36,874 nt of DNA, taken from assembly GCF_001194135.2 (NCBI RefSeq), contig NC_069000.1, forward strand, positions 4,821,441 to 4,858,314, given 5' to 3'. The notes under the pieces were generated by a model, which ran no database searches, was not told the origin of the DNA, and was given only the letters and a program-made list of their open reading frames with translations. Shown here one piece after another: positions 26,584 through 36,874 of this stretch. Source of the stretch: Octopus bimaculoides (taxonomy: Eukaryota). The stretch's first letter is position 1, and each line of letters opens with the position of its first letter. A program made the translations under genes and the position numbers.

Positions 26584-26631
<48 letters not shown>

Positions 26632-27301
26632 GTGTATATAATTATATATATGTCTGTGTTTGTGTGTGCAGCACAGACACTCACACATGCACTCACATAC
26701 CATTCCCACCATGCATAATATATAGATAGGTAGATATAAAGATTACGCAAAGAGATTTGTTTACACAAGTTGCATTTATGCATATCTACAAGTAAATATA
26801 TATACTCTCGAATGTATGTATTTTTGCACGTATGTATTCTTGTGTGTGTATGTGAGAGAGAGAGAAAAAGAGTGCGCATGCGTCTATTCAAACGATTTAA
26901 TAATACTAAGACTCAACACTGAATAAGTGAAAATTTTGTGAAAAGCTAATACAAATATAAAACAATCTAATATGGAAGACATTTAATGCAAGTTCAGCAC
27001 AAAAACAGGTTGCAGCACTTTATGACTCCATAGAATAAACTGACAGATTTGGCGTTGTGCTGCTATCTTAACGGTTTCAAATGCTATTATGTCTATTTAA
27101 TATCACATTCTTTTGTTATCCGTTCATTCAAGCAATAGCTAAGTAATTCTGAGCATTTTTCTCCAAGACAATCTGATGTATTACCCTTGCGTTTCCTACG
27201 AAAACCACGAAGCTATTTAGTAAACCCCACGTCAGGTTTGAATATGATAGTCCATTTTTTTTAATACAATGTGTATTGCATGCTATATTTTAAAAAAAAA
27301 T

Positions 27302-27685
27302 CTTTTAATTCTTTCACTTATTAGAGTGCGTCCATGCTGGAGCACTGCCTTGAAGAATTTTTATTCGGACAATTTATCTAATTTTTAAAATCTGATATTT
27401 AATCTATTGGTCAGTCTTGCCGAACCGTTAATATTACGGGGGAGGTTAAAAAAAAAAACGAACACTAGTTGCAAGGCGGCTTTGGGGAACAAAAACAGAC
27501 ACAAAGACACACACACACACAAACACACACGTACACACAAACACACACGTACACACAGATACAGATTTTCCATCCACCAAACTCGTAAGGCTTTGGTTGA
27601 ACCGAGTCCATAGTAGAAGACACCTGCCCAAGGTGCCACACAGTGGGACTGAACCCGGAACCATGTGGTTGTTGCAAGACAGCCG
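27302..27685 (-). mobile_element. SINE family B: tRNA-like head, CORE-like domain, internal (GT)n and 3' tail
   Basis: Reverse complement: CCACATGGTTCCGGGTTCAGTCCC (B box), TGTGTGGCACCTTGGGCAGGTGTCTT (resembles the CORE motif TGACCTTGGGCAAGT), a (GT)-rich tract at 27505-27550, and a tail ending CTTCAAGGCAGTGCTCCAGCATGGACGCA. Confidence 0.85.
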
Positions 27686-28182
27686 TATATGAAGTACCTT
27701 CGTTTCCTTAAGCGGTACGATGTGACTGAATGAAAGGTTTACTACAATTTTTAACAAAGTTCTGAGAATTCTTTAAAAAAAAAGAACCCCCAAAAAAATA
27801 GAGATTTAAAATTGTTGGAATGAACGATTCACGCGTTTCGTTTTGTTTATTCTAAATTGGGACAGACATATGGACGACAGGAGAAACAAGAGATGAAAGA
27901 TTGATGTATGGCAGAAAAGATATAACATGAAATACTTCAGAGATTCGGATTTTACTGAACAAATGATTAGAAGAAAGAAAAAATGAGAGTGTGTAGAACT
28001 TGTGTTTGTGGTGCGTTCAATAGAGAATCATCGAATCGCATTTATTTTTAAGCGGTGAAAGAAGCTGTATGTCATGATCAAAAATTGTACTAATAAGTTC
28101 CATGGAAGAAAACTCATACAGAATTTTGTTTACTTTTGGTAGCAGAACGAAAAAAGCCCCTCCCAAATCTGCTAAAATGTCA

Positions 28183-28223
28183 TTGAAATCAAGTTTGTCT
28201 TTTATCCTTCGGGGATCGATAAA
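28183..28223 (+). mobile_element. SINE family A short internal fragment
   Basis: AAGTTTGTCTTTTATCCTTCGGGGATCGATAAAT resembles GACTTTGCCTTTCATGCTTTCGGAGTCGATAAA of the 25040 copy. Confidence 0.55.
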
Positions 28224-28317
28224 TGAATTTAAAATCATTCCACAGCGGTGAATGGGTGCAGTTATTTAAGCGTTTGTGAAAATGGCTTGCGATATTTGAT
28301 ACAGATCTTTACATTAT

Positions 28318-28384
28318 GAGTTCAAATTGCACTGAAGTCGACTTTGCTTTTTACCCATCGGGGGTAAAAAATGTCCTGTTGCGT
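28318..28384 (+). mobile_element. SINE family A fragment abutting the mariner relic
   Basis: GAGTTCAAATTGCACTGAAGTCGACTTTGC covers the B box and the downstream body. Confidence 0.65.
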
Positions 28385-28665
28385 CTGACGTCGTGTAGGC
28401 GGGGACGAAAGGAGGCATAACGTCGCCATTACTAGTGATCACACCAAAGACCAAGATGTTGTCTGGTCCTCAGATTGCACTGTCCTGAGATTGACACCCA
28501 AACACTCTGAAATGTCCGTATCGGAGCTCCCGGTGCGAATGACAAGCGGTACATGTCGTTTCCAAATTTCTAGCAGAGTGAATTGTGTGTTGGGGATGTT
28601 TTTGTCACAGATCCTACTATACTGTGTAGTCAACATAATCAAAATCATACGACGAGTATGCCCAA
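28376..28665 (-). mobile_element. Internally deleted Tc1/mariner-superfamily DNA transposon relic (probably maT/DD37D type)
   Basis: Minus strand encodes TQFTLLEIWKRHVPLVIRTGSSDTDISECLGVNLRTVQ (HTH-like N-terminus with IS-x2-LGV-x3-TVQ), joined in another frame to PDNILVFGVITSNGDVMPPFV, typical of the segment between the first and second catalytic Asp of Tc1/mariner transposases. The 5' end abuts a (TA)n run, matching the TA target. The subfamily call is from recall because the DD(x)D spacing is not in the window. Confidence 0.8.
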
Positions 28666-28691
28666 TATATATATATATATATATATGTTCA

Positions 28692-28788
28692 ATGGGCTGC
28701 TTTCAGCTTCGCGTCGACCCAACACACTTACCCGAGGTGGCACGCTGTGAGGATGATCAGGGAGCCATGTGGTAGGGAAGCAAATTTT
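28692..28788 (-). mobile_element. SINE family B, internally deleted copy
   Basis: Reverse complement TTTGCTTCCCTACCACATGGCTCC...GCGTGCCACCTCGGGTAAGTGT...GAAGCTGAAAGCAGCCCAT. Confidence 0.75.
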
Positions 28789-29567
28789 AATTTTAATTCA
28801 GAACTTTTGAAAACAAGAAATTTCTACTACAGAGCTAGAGGCAGTTTCAGGCGGGTTGGAATCAAAAGGGTTAATCGACTTGCTCCCATTTCTAACATAT
28901 CTGACCTTCTTCCGATCATAAAAAAAAAATTCTAAAGCTCGAAAAACCGAAGAGCGGAAATAGAAATCTGGATGCCATATCTCAACGAGGACTTCATTTC
29001 GTGGATTCTGCTTTTCTGGTTTTTAAACATCTGCCATGACCTACATTATCTGTCATCAACTTGTTACGAAAATAAAATTTCTCACCAAATATCTAACAAA
29101 AATATACTTCTTAAAGTTCTTTTCTTTTTTGTGCTTTCGGCTGTCAATTCCTCCGCGGTTCTGTAATATAATTAGATATAATATGCTTGGATTCACTCAC
29201 ACCTCGCTAAAGAGTTGACCTTGCATCAGTTCTAACACATTCAACAGTGCACTCACTGTGTCATGCTGCTTGCTTTCAAATACCTGAACTAATTGAGTTG
29301 CAATATATGGCAATGCACATACAACCATACATACATACATTTATACATGCATGAATACATACATGCATAAAGACACATACATACATACACGCATACATAC
29401 ACACGTACGTACATACACATATACAAACACACATACATTCATACATACACACATACGTACATACACATATACATACATATATACACGTGTACATATGTGT
29501 GTGTATGTGGGTGGATATGTATATATATATATAAATATATGTATATAAACACACACATATATATATC

Positions 29568-29629
<62 letters not shown>

Positions 29630-29686
29630 TGTATATATATAGATATGTATGTGTCTATATATGTTATGTATTTGTATATGTCTATG

Positions 29687-29717
<31 letters not shown>

Positions 29718-30102
29718 GCATGTACGTATATTTATATATATATATGNNNNNNNNNNNNNNNNNNNNNNNNNNNNNNNNNNNNNNNNNNNNNNNNNNNNNN
29801 NNNNNNNNNNNNNNNNNNNNNNNNNNTATATATATATATATATATATATATAGCTGTACCTGTGCGTGTAGAGGTGGAGGTGAGTGGCCTATGGGAGAAT
29901 GATATCTTATATGAAACAAAGAATTTTATTTTTTAGCATCTTTTTCTTTTAGTCTTCAAATGACCAGAAGAATCTCTGGTTACAGTGTTACAATCTATTA
30001 TTTGCAATTCAATTTAACTTGCAACGCCTACGGCTATACGTCTTACCTATTTGCCGTTTGGCAGACATTACTTAACGTATAGACAAAATACATATATATT
30101 CG

Positions 30103-30428
30103 TGGCACTCCGTCGGTTACGACGACCAGAGTTCCAGCTGATTCGCTCGACGTAAAAGCCTGCTCGTGAAATTAACGTGCAACTAGCTGAGCACTCCACA
30201 GACACGTGAACCCTTAACGTAGTTCCCGGGGAGATTCAGCGTGAGACAGAGTGTAACAATGATTGCCCTTTGAAATACAGGTATAACAGAAACAGGAAGA
30301 AATAGTGATAGAAAATTGTGGAGATTTAAGTGTTTTCGCTCAATAAACATTCACAACGCCCGGTCTGGAAATCGAAACTGCGACCTTACGACCGCGAGTC
30401 AGCTGTCCTAATCACTGGGCCATTATGC
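30103..30428 (-). mobile_element. tRNA-derived SINE family C, second copy
   Basis: Reverse complement TGGCCCAGTGATTAGG (A box), CAGTTTCGATTTCC (B-box-like), TTAAGGGTTCACG...GAGCAGGC...AATCAGCTGGAACTCTGGTCGTCGTAACCGACGGAGTGCCA, matching 12880-13000. Confidence 0.85.
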
Positions 30429-30963
30429 TTGTGCACACATACATAAATATACATACCTACATACATAAATTCGTATATGTGTGTGTATGTATTTATATGT
30501 ATGTATATTTAAAAGTAATTCAGCGCTTTTTTTTCTCGAGTTGATTCCTCTCGAAACGTACTCCACAACATTGTCACATTCTTTGCAAAGATATAATTGC
30601 TAAATAATATTGGCCAACTGGTATCGTCATTCGAGCATGGGGTGGAATTCCTCACGGTAATTGTTGAGGCCCAATTTTAAATCCATCATTTCGGATACGA
30701 TAAACAAATTCCCAGTCCATGAATCCGGAATAGCGAAATCATCAATGCAAAAATGTCAGGGCATATGCAGAGATGTCATGTGTTATATAGTGGTGAGCCC
30801 TGACCTTCTGAAGACCGGCCCTGCGTGACATNNNNNNNNNNNNNNNNNNNNNNNNNNNNNNNNNNNGATGTCATGTGTTATATAGTGGTGAGCCCTGACC
30901 TTCTGAAGACCGGCCCTGCGTGACATTGGCACCGGTTTCTAACGGGCCTTCACTTTTCTCAAG

Positions 30964-31132
30964 GAAGAAACCAGTGTCGGGTTGAAGCGATATTTCCTTG
31001 CATGGGTCACTGCAGGTCACCCTTACACAGATGGTCCAAGACAGCGCCTCAAAGAGGAGTTTTTCAAGGAGTTGGCCCGTCCTTCTATAGGACATACCTT
31101 GGCCCCTAATTCAATTAACCGATTTAACCTAA
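30964..31132 (+). other. Candidate 169-nt exon with one open frame (56 codons), or part of an unclassified repeat
   Basis: Branch-point CTAAC at 30939-30943, pyrimidine tract CCTTCACTTTTCTC, AAG| acceptor, and donor |GTGAGT at 31133. Open frame: EETSVGLKRYFLAWVTAGHPYTDGPRQRLKEEFFKELARPSIGHTLAPNSINRFNL. No recognisable homology. Confidence 0.25.
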
Positions 31133-31270
31133 GTGAGTAATATAGTTATTGTTTTGTAAAGAAACTTCAGATGGCACAGTGTTGACTTAGCGCGACAGTA
31201 TCATCTTTGGGTTCACCAAGAAATTGATTAGTTTATTTGCTGGTCTGAACGTTTTACAATACTGACTTAC

Positions 31271-31385
31271 CTCGGAGGGGACACTGTATAATATTTGTTA
31301 GAGATTCGGTATTTCTGAATACAATACTGGTCGGTAACAGCAGGAATGCCTGAATTCTGAGACTTGTTCGTTCAGAGTTGATTTA
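31271..31385 (-). other. Candidate 115-nt internal exon (non-coding, UTR or poison exon)
   Basis: Acceptor TTTGTTTTCTCTTGTTCTCTAG| and donor GAG|GTAAGTCAGT, both near consensus. Exactly one stop in each frame and no ATG. Confidence 0.45.
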
Positions 31386-32703
31386 CTAGAGAACAAGAGA
31401 AAACAAATCTTTTAAAACATTGTATTTTGTTATGTTTAGTAGGGTTGTTTTTCAAAGAATATTATCCAAATTGTTCGTAGAATCAATAGCTTTATGTTCA
31501 GAATATTTTGTAAATAAGAAGAGCTGTGCGTTGACTGTGGATGATACACTTTCCCTTACGTGCTGTCAATTATATTTACCAAAATAATGCTAAGAATGGG
31601 TAATAAAGACATAAACATTGAGATCTCTGACTCACATGAATAATATTGAAACAAAGTTGTGAGGAATACAATAGACAAAGTTAAATTTCAATGTTATTCT
31701 ATACTTTATAGTGCATCTATAGATTTATGCCAACACTGTAACAGACAGTTGTAAACACATTGCCTATATAAAATATCTATATCTAATATTTATTTCTACG
31801 AAGACATTCTATATAAAGATACGGGTTTTAGAACAGTCTATCATTGGTCAAACTCAATAGATTTACTCTGTAGTACAGAGCAGCATCAAAAGCAAAACTC
31901 ACTACTGTATCTATTTAGTCAACTTACGTAATCAAATCAAGTCATGTATGCATTCTGTAAATTACTGACATGGCAGCAGTGTTGAATTTTCATTCTAAAA
32001 TTTTCTCTGCGGTATTTCCGATGACCATAATTACCACTAGATTTGTAAATTAAATACATACGACTTTATCGTGCTTATGCACTGTTCCAGGGGTGTCTAA
32101 AACAGGGACCTACTAGAACTACCGCGGATATAAGTATTACATATGTGTATGAGTGGGTGGATGTTATTATGTAGTATAAATTTATACGGAGTCTAGGGAA
32201 AACCAACTGATCGAATTGCGCCCAAACCCACATAACGGGGTGGGCAGAGATGACAACAGCAGGACTTTTCGCTTGGCATTTATGATATCCATACAGTAAT
32301 GTGTGACTTAGTGCACAGAAGTGTCCTGAGAAAAAGAGGGAGGGCCACGGCTGGAATAAATTTAATCATAATCCCGGTCAATGCGGATTGACTAAGGCTT
32401 GAGTAAAGAGTAAACATTAAAAGAATAGCAACGGCTACAAGAAATAAATAAATAAAACAAATGCATTGAAATAAATCGACCAACACAGAAGAGGAACGCT
32501 AATCGATAAAAAAAGAGCGGCCATTTTATAAAATTTTGCTCAATGAAAAAAAGAAAATAAAAGAAAAATCAAAAATAAAAATAGACTAAAGACGAAAGAC
32601 GCAAGTTTTAAGAGGTTTATGTTTATGACGTGGTTAATCTTTATTATTGAAATATTACATTAAAAGAAGAAAACCGCAATTAAAATCAATATCGGCACAC
32701 AGC

Positions 32704-32940
32704 TACACCGCTGCCGCCACCACAACTACGACGACGACCACGACGACGACGACGACGTCCACCACCACGACCACCATCATAATCATCACTGCTGCCGCCA
32801 GAAAACCAATGCAAACTTACGTCACACACGCACGACAGTGGTGCTGCAAAGAAAAAAAGGGGTGGGGGAGTGAGACAAACACAGACTAAGATGACGGCGG
32901 CGATAGCAACGGCGCCGACGACAGCGACGACAACAGCGAG
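32704..32940. repeat. Degenerate (ACG/ACC/GCG)n trinucleotide tracts
   Basis: 32704-32790 and 32890-32940. Confidence 0.85.
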
Positions 32941-33102
32941 TTAGCAACATTCTTTTCAGGATGTGCTTAAAATACCGACCAATAACTGTATAGAATGAGA
33001 AACAATTTGTCGTATATGACACGTTCAACATAGTATTTGACCTCCGACATATGGTTGATATGCACGCACACACATTTATATATATATATCCATATATGTA
33101 TA

Positions 33103-33135
<33 letters not shown>

Positions 33136-33379
33136 NNNNNNNNNNNNNNNNNNNNNNNNNNNNNNNNNNNNNNNNNNNNNNNNNNNNNNNNNNNNNNNNN
33201 NNNNNNNNNNNNNNNNNNNNNNNNNNNNNNNNNNNNNNNNNNNNNNNNNNNNNNNNNNNNNNNNNNNNNNNNNNNNNNNNNNNNNNNNNNNNNNNNNNNN
33301 NNNNNNNNNNNNNNNNNNNNNNNNNNNNNNNNNNNNNNNNNNNNNNNNNNNNNNNNNNNNNNNNNNNNNNNNNNNNNNN

Positions 33380-33459
<80 letters not shown>

Positions 33460-34010
33460 GCATATACACGTATACATATATACGTATATGTGTGTAACTA
33501 CGTATATATGCACATTTGTGTATGCATATATATATTAATATCGAATGCTTGAAAATAGTCTATTCATAAAAGTTTTCCTGACGAAAATATTATTTGGGAT
33601 GCCAACGCATTATCTGCCTTGTGTGTTTTCTGTGCGTACGCTTGTAACTGTGTGTCATCTTACCAAAATAAAGTTCACTTATTAAAAATATTCCGATAAA
33701 TAGTGTGTCATGTCCAGTGGACAGCACTATAAGGGTTGAAGAGAGCAAACTATATTTGAAAAAATAACGGGAGAGAATATCAGTGATATGGCAAATATCC
33801 ATTTCCAACAATTATTCCTCGTTATATTTATGCGTTACTTCGTACACATATGCATTTGCATTGCCCAGTACATACATCTATACATGTGTCTTGTATGTAT
33901 GCATATGCATACGTACAAACATACGCACGCACACACGCAAACACACATGTATTACTGTATATATATGTGTATATTTATATATATATATGTATATTTTTGT
34001 ATACATATAA

Positions 34011-34017
<7 letters not shown>

Positions 34018-34066
<49 letters not shown>

Positions 34067-34096
34067 ATGGATGGATGGATGGATGGATGGATGGAA
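34018..34096. repeat. (TA)n followed by (GGAT)n
   Basis: Direct inspection. Confidence 0.95.
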
Positions 34097-34649
34097 GCAT
34101 AACAACAATTATTCGAGTCGTTATTAGAATATGAAATGGAAATATAGCCCTAATGTTTATTTGGTTTAAATATCATAACGACTGTAACAGAAATATATAT
34201 GCACTGAAATCGCTACAAAAGTTGCGCCAATCTTTTATAAGAGAGCTGAGAGGCAAATAGAAAATAGAAAACTCCAGAAATAACTAGATTGTTTTCATCT
34301 TATGCGTATATCTAAGTTGTTGAAACTTGAAATTATGTTGGTTAATGAGTGCAACACTCCTTAGGACAACAATTCATCTGGTCACTACCTACTTGAACAA
34401 ACTGAGAGCCAGTAACAAGCCACTCCTGCTACTCTGGTTGGACGATAGAATTCCGTTCCACGTGAACGAAGATTTAATACATTGTACCCGAGTCTAATTG
34501 TATTATAAGGTTGCGTGTTAAAGGAGGCGTGGCAATATTTTGTTTCGGAGCGGAGTACGTTAGATTGGGGGCGTAAATATGTAAATAAGGAACAAATTAA
34601 TAAGACACACAACTAAGTTTGAAATGAAACTTCTTTGGAATCTATGTAT

Positions 34650-34651
34650 CC

Positions 34652-34719
<68 letters not shown>

Positions 34720-34812
34720 CTCTCTTTCTCTCTCCCAATCTCTCTCTCTCTCTCTCACTTTCTCCCTCTCTCTCTCAATATATATATGTCTATATACATA
34801 TATATATATATT
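34650..34812. repeat. (ATCT)n, (TC)n and (TA)n compound array
   Basis: Direct inspection. Confidence 0.95.
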
Positions 34813-34814
34813 TA

Positions 34815-34875
34815 TGCGTCCTTTTAAAGCCTAGCCTGGCTCATGGGCGCGGTTTCCCGGTTTCTATGGTGTATG
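34815..34875 (-). repeat. Short GC-rich segment, probably the 3' end of a SINE, fused to the LINE 5' truncation point
   Basis: CATACACCATAGAAACCGGGAAACCGCGCCCATGAGCCAGGCTAGGCTTTAAAAGGACGCA lies next to a (TA)n tract. The SINE identity is from recall only; there is no second copy in the window. Confidence 0.4.
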
Positions 34876-35592
34876 GCGTAACTTCCAGAAATGTATAGCC
34901 TGGCAGTACTACCGGGGTGCTCTGCTGGGTCGAGACAAGCTCTACAGATACGGAAGTGCTGTCAGACGGACCTGTTCGAGGTGTGTGCAGGGCGACGAAA
35001 CTGTCCTGCAAGCACTTTTCTAATATCCGTGCATTACTCATTTGTGGAGCTTTGTCGAACAGCTGTTATCACCCGTAGGACAGAGACAATTATCAGCCGT
35101 GTCCATCGTGAAGATCGCCCAACCGCTTTTCTTCGGCCCGGAAAGAAAGGCAATGTTCCTCTGTCTGGTGGCTATGGCGAAGGAGGTAGTGTTGTGGACG
35201 AGATTGAAAGGACTGAAGACAGATATTTTCTCCTTCGGCCATGCCCTCATCGACTTTTTCAAGTTTTACTTCAAAAGGAAAGTGCGAGTAGAGAGGGACG
35301 TTCTTACCCCACCTACCAGTAAATTTGTTGGAAAGTGGGTTCATGTGGCGAGGATGGCGAGGCGCCTACTGAAGTGCATCTGATGGTCGGGACACCCAGA
35401 ATGTGTGGGGTCCTAGGTTGTCCCTGTGAGGACCTCCCCCTTGTGAGAAATTTTATTTGTTGTCATTCATATTTTATTGTTTAGTCGATTTTTGTGCAAA
35501 ACCAACGCCTCCCCCGCTTTGTATTGTCTCTATTTGTCTTGTGTTCCTCCCCTGTGGCCAATAAAGAAAAATTCTTGTTGTTGTTGTTGTTG
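34873..35592 (+). mobile_element. 5'-truncated non-LTR retrotransposon (LINE), Tx1/L1-like: ORF2 C-terminus, 3'UTR and (TTG)n end
   Basis: Frame from 34883 reads FQKCIAWQYYRGALLGRDKLYRYGSAVRRTCSRCVQGDETVLQALF*YPCITHLWSFVEQLL...FFKFYFKRKVRVER...KFVGKW...LKCI* (TGA 35381-35383). The W-x4-AL...C-x2-C-x4-ET-x2-(H)-AL-x2-(C) pattern resembles the zf-RVT zinc knuckle at the end of L1/Tx1 ORF2. A GC-richer 3'UTR follows, with AATAAA at 35560-35565 and (TTG)6 at 35575-35592. Clade assignment is from protein-pattern recognition. Confidence 0.85.
34883..35383 (+). pseudogene. Inactivated LINE ORF2 C-terminal fragment (zf-RVT region)
   Basis: One in-frame TAA at 35021-35023. The expected His and last Cys of the CCHC knuckle read Q and Y. 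No RT or endonuclease domain is present in the window. Confidence 0.8.
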
Positions 35593-36874
35593 TTTTATAT
35601 TTTATTTCATTTGTATTTTTTCCGTATAATATTCGTTAATTGTATTTGGAGTGGATTTTGAAATTTGTTGAATTTTTTTTGTCTTTGTTCTCTTGCAATG
35701 CAACGAACATACAAATATCGATGGCCGTACCTAACTCTCATCATAATACTTTTATATTTTTGTCGTTGTTGAATCCGTTTTAATTATTTTCTATATTAAT
35801 AAACCTTTTCTTGCGTTAATTTGTTTATTTTAGAAATCGACCCAAGGTGTTATAATTTTTTAAATACACGTTTTAAATATTATTTTTCGTTGCTTTTCCT
35901 TCATATTACATCATTATTATTTTGTTTTTAATTAATTATTTTTTCTTTCTTAAATAGAATTACTTTCATCGAAGTACTTCTCTCTGTGTCTCTCTGACCG
36001 TCTGTCTCTCTCTGTGTAAGATGAACTGAACTGGAATAATATGATAGTTTGAGTTAATTATGTAGCTAAAACACCAACGTCTCGAAGACTAAAGCAAAAT
36101 TACTCTTCTCTCTTCATATTCATTCACCGCTTGATTATACTCAATGATTAACAAAAGCAATCAATTTTAGACACGATATTAAAGAAATTACAAAAATAAT
36201 AAAATTAGTCAAAAAAAAATAAAAGATATAAAAATATAAAAAGCAAACTGACAGAAACATGCTGTGAATAAAACGTTATTGCTTCGTGATCCGTTGCCTT
36301 TAATTAATAATTATTAAAAACTATAATAAAATTTTAGAAAAAAAGGAGTAAAGTTTATTAAATGCAGGTGAAAAAAATCGCTAAATTTACAAATATTCCT
36401 AGAAGACAATCTTATAAACATTTCATTGTTAATATTGGAATCTGTGCTTCCAGCTGGAAATATAACTTAATCTTAAAATCAAAGATTGAATAATACACAC
36501 TGTTATATATAGAAATTTATATTATAGACAAATATACATATATGCCAAAGAAGGAAGCTTTATGTGGCCGCTCGGTTAGCTGGAAGCAGCAGTTATGTAA
36601 TAAAAAGGCGGAAACTACTGGAATTCATATGGTCATAATTCGATTCTATTTTTTTTCCGCCATTGTTTTCATATACATTCGCTGCTTTCTTCCAAGGAAT
36701 CTAGTGCTCCTAGCTTAGTTTTTCCTTGAAGCAGGTCAGATTGGAGAAATCTCAAGTATAACCAGCCGAAATTGCAAAGATAATCTGGAACTCGACTGAG
36801 GAAAGAAACTCCAAATGACCCATCCATGTTTTTTTCTTGTCTCATATATATATACATGTATATATGTATATATA

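Noticed and set aside
30645-30722. Minus-strand SWTGNLFIVSEMMDLKLGLNNYREEF resembling a SAM-domain LGL-x2-Y-x3-F motif
   Set aside because: The conserved Trp and spacing do not match, the frame is bounded by stops, and there is no upstream acceptor AG.
30901-30950. GC-rich hairpin near CTGAAGA and CTAA, tested by eye as a hammerhead or HDV-like ribozyme
   Set aside because: There is no GAAA after the stem and no P1.1/P4 pseudoknot topology; it is only a simple hairpin.
32088-32103. CAGGGGTGTCTAAAAC resembling a hAT-Charlie terminal inverted repeat
   Set aside because: I found no partner inverted repeat or 8-bp target duplication in the window.

Overview
AT-rich, repeat-dense eukaryotic intronic or intergenic DNA from a short-read assembly with 9 N-gaps. 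The dense (TA)n/(CA)n/(ATCT)n microsatellites and the SINE families point to a coleoid cephalopod, most likely Octopus; this is recognition from memory, not a database result. I recognise no host protein-coding gene, rRNA, tRNA, snRNA or CRISPR array, and almost all supplied ORFs are microsatellite or gap artefacts. Supportable content: three tRNA-derived SINE families in multiple copies, a 5'-truncated Tx1/L1-like LINE 3' end (34873-35592), an internally deleted Tc1/mariner transposase relic (28376-28665), a probable Penelope-type terminal repeat with a decayed hammerhead ribozyme (14899-15010), and many simple and tandem repeats. The least explained segment is 30770-31420: a GC-richer island with two exon-like units on opposite strands, one carrying near-perfect splice signals but a stop codon in every frame. 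I found no convincing new biological system; the findings are leads to check.
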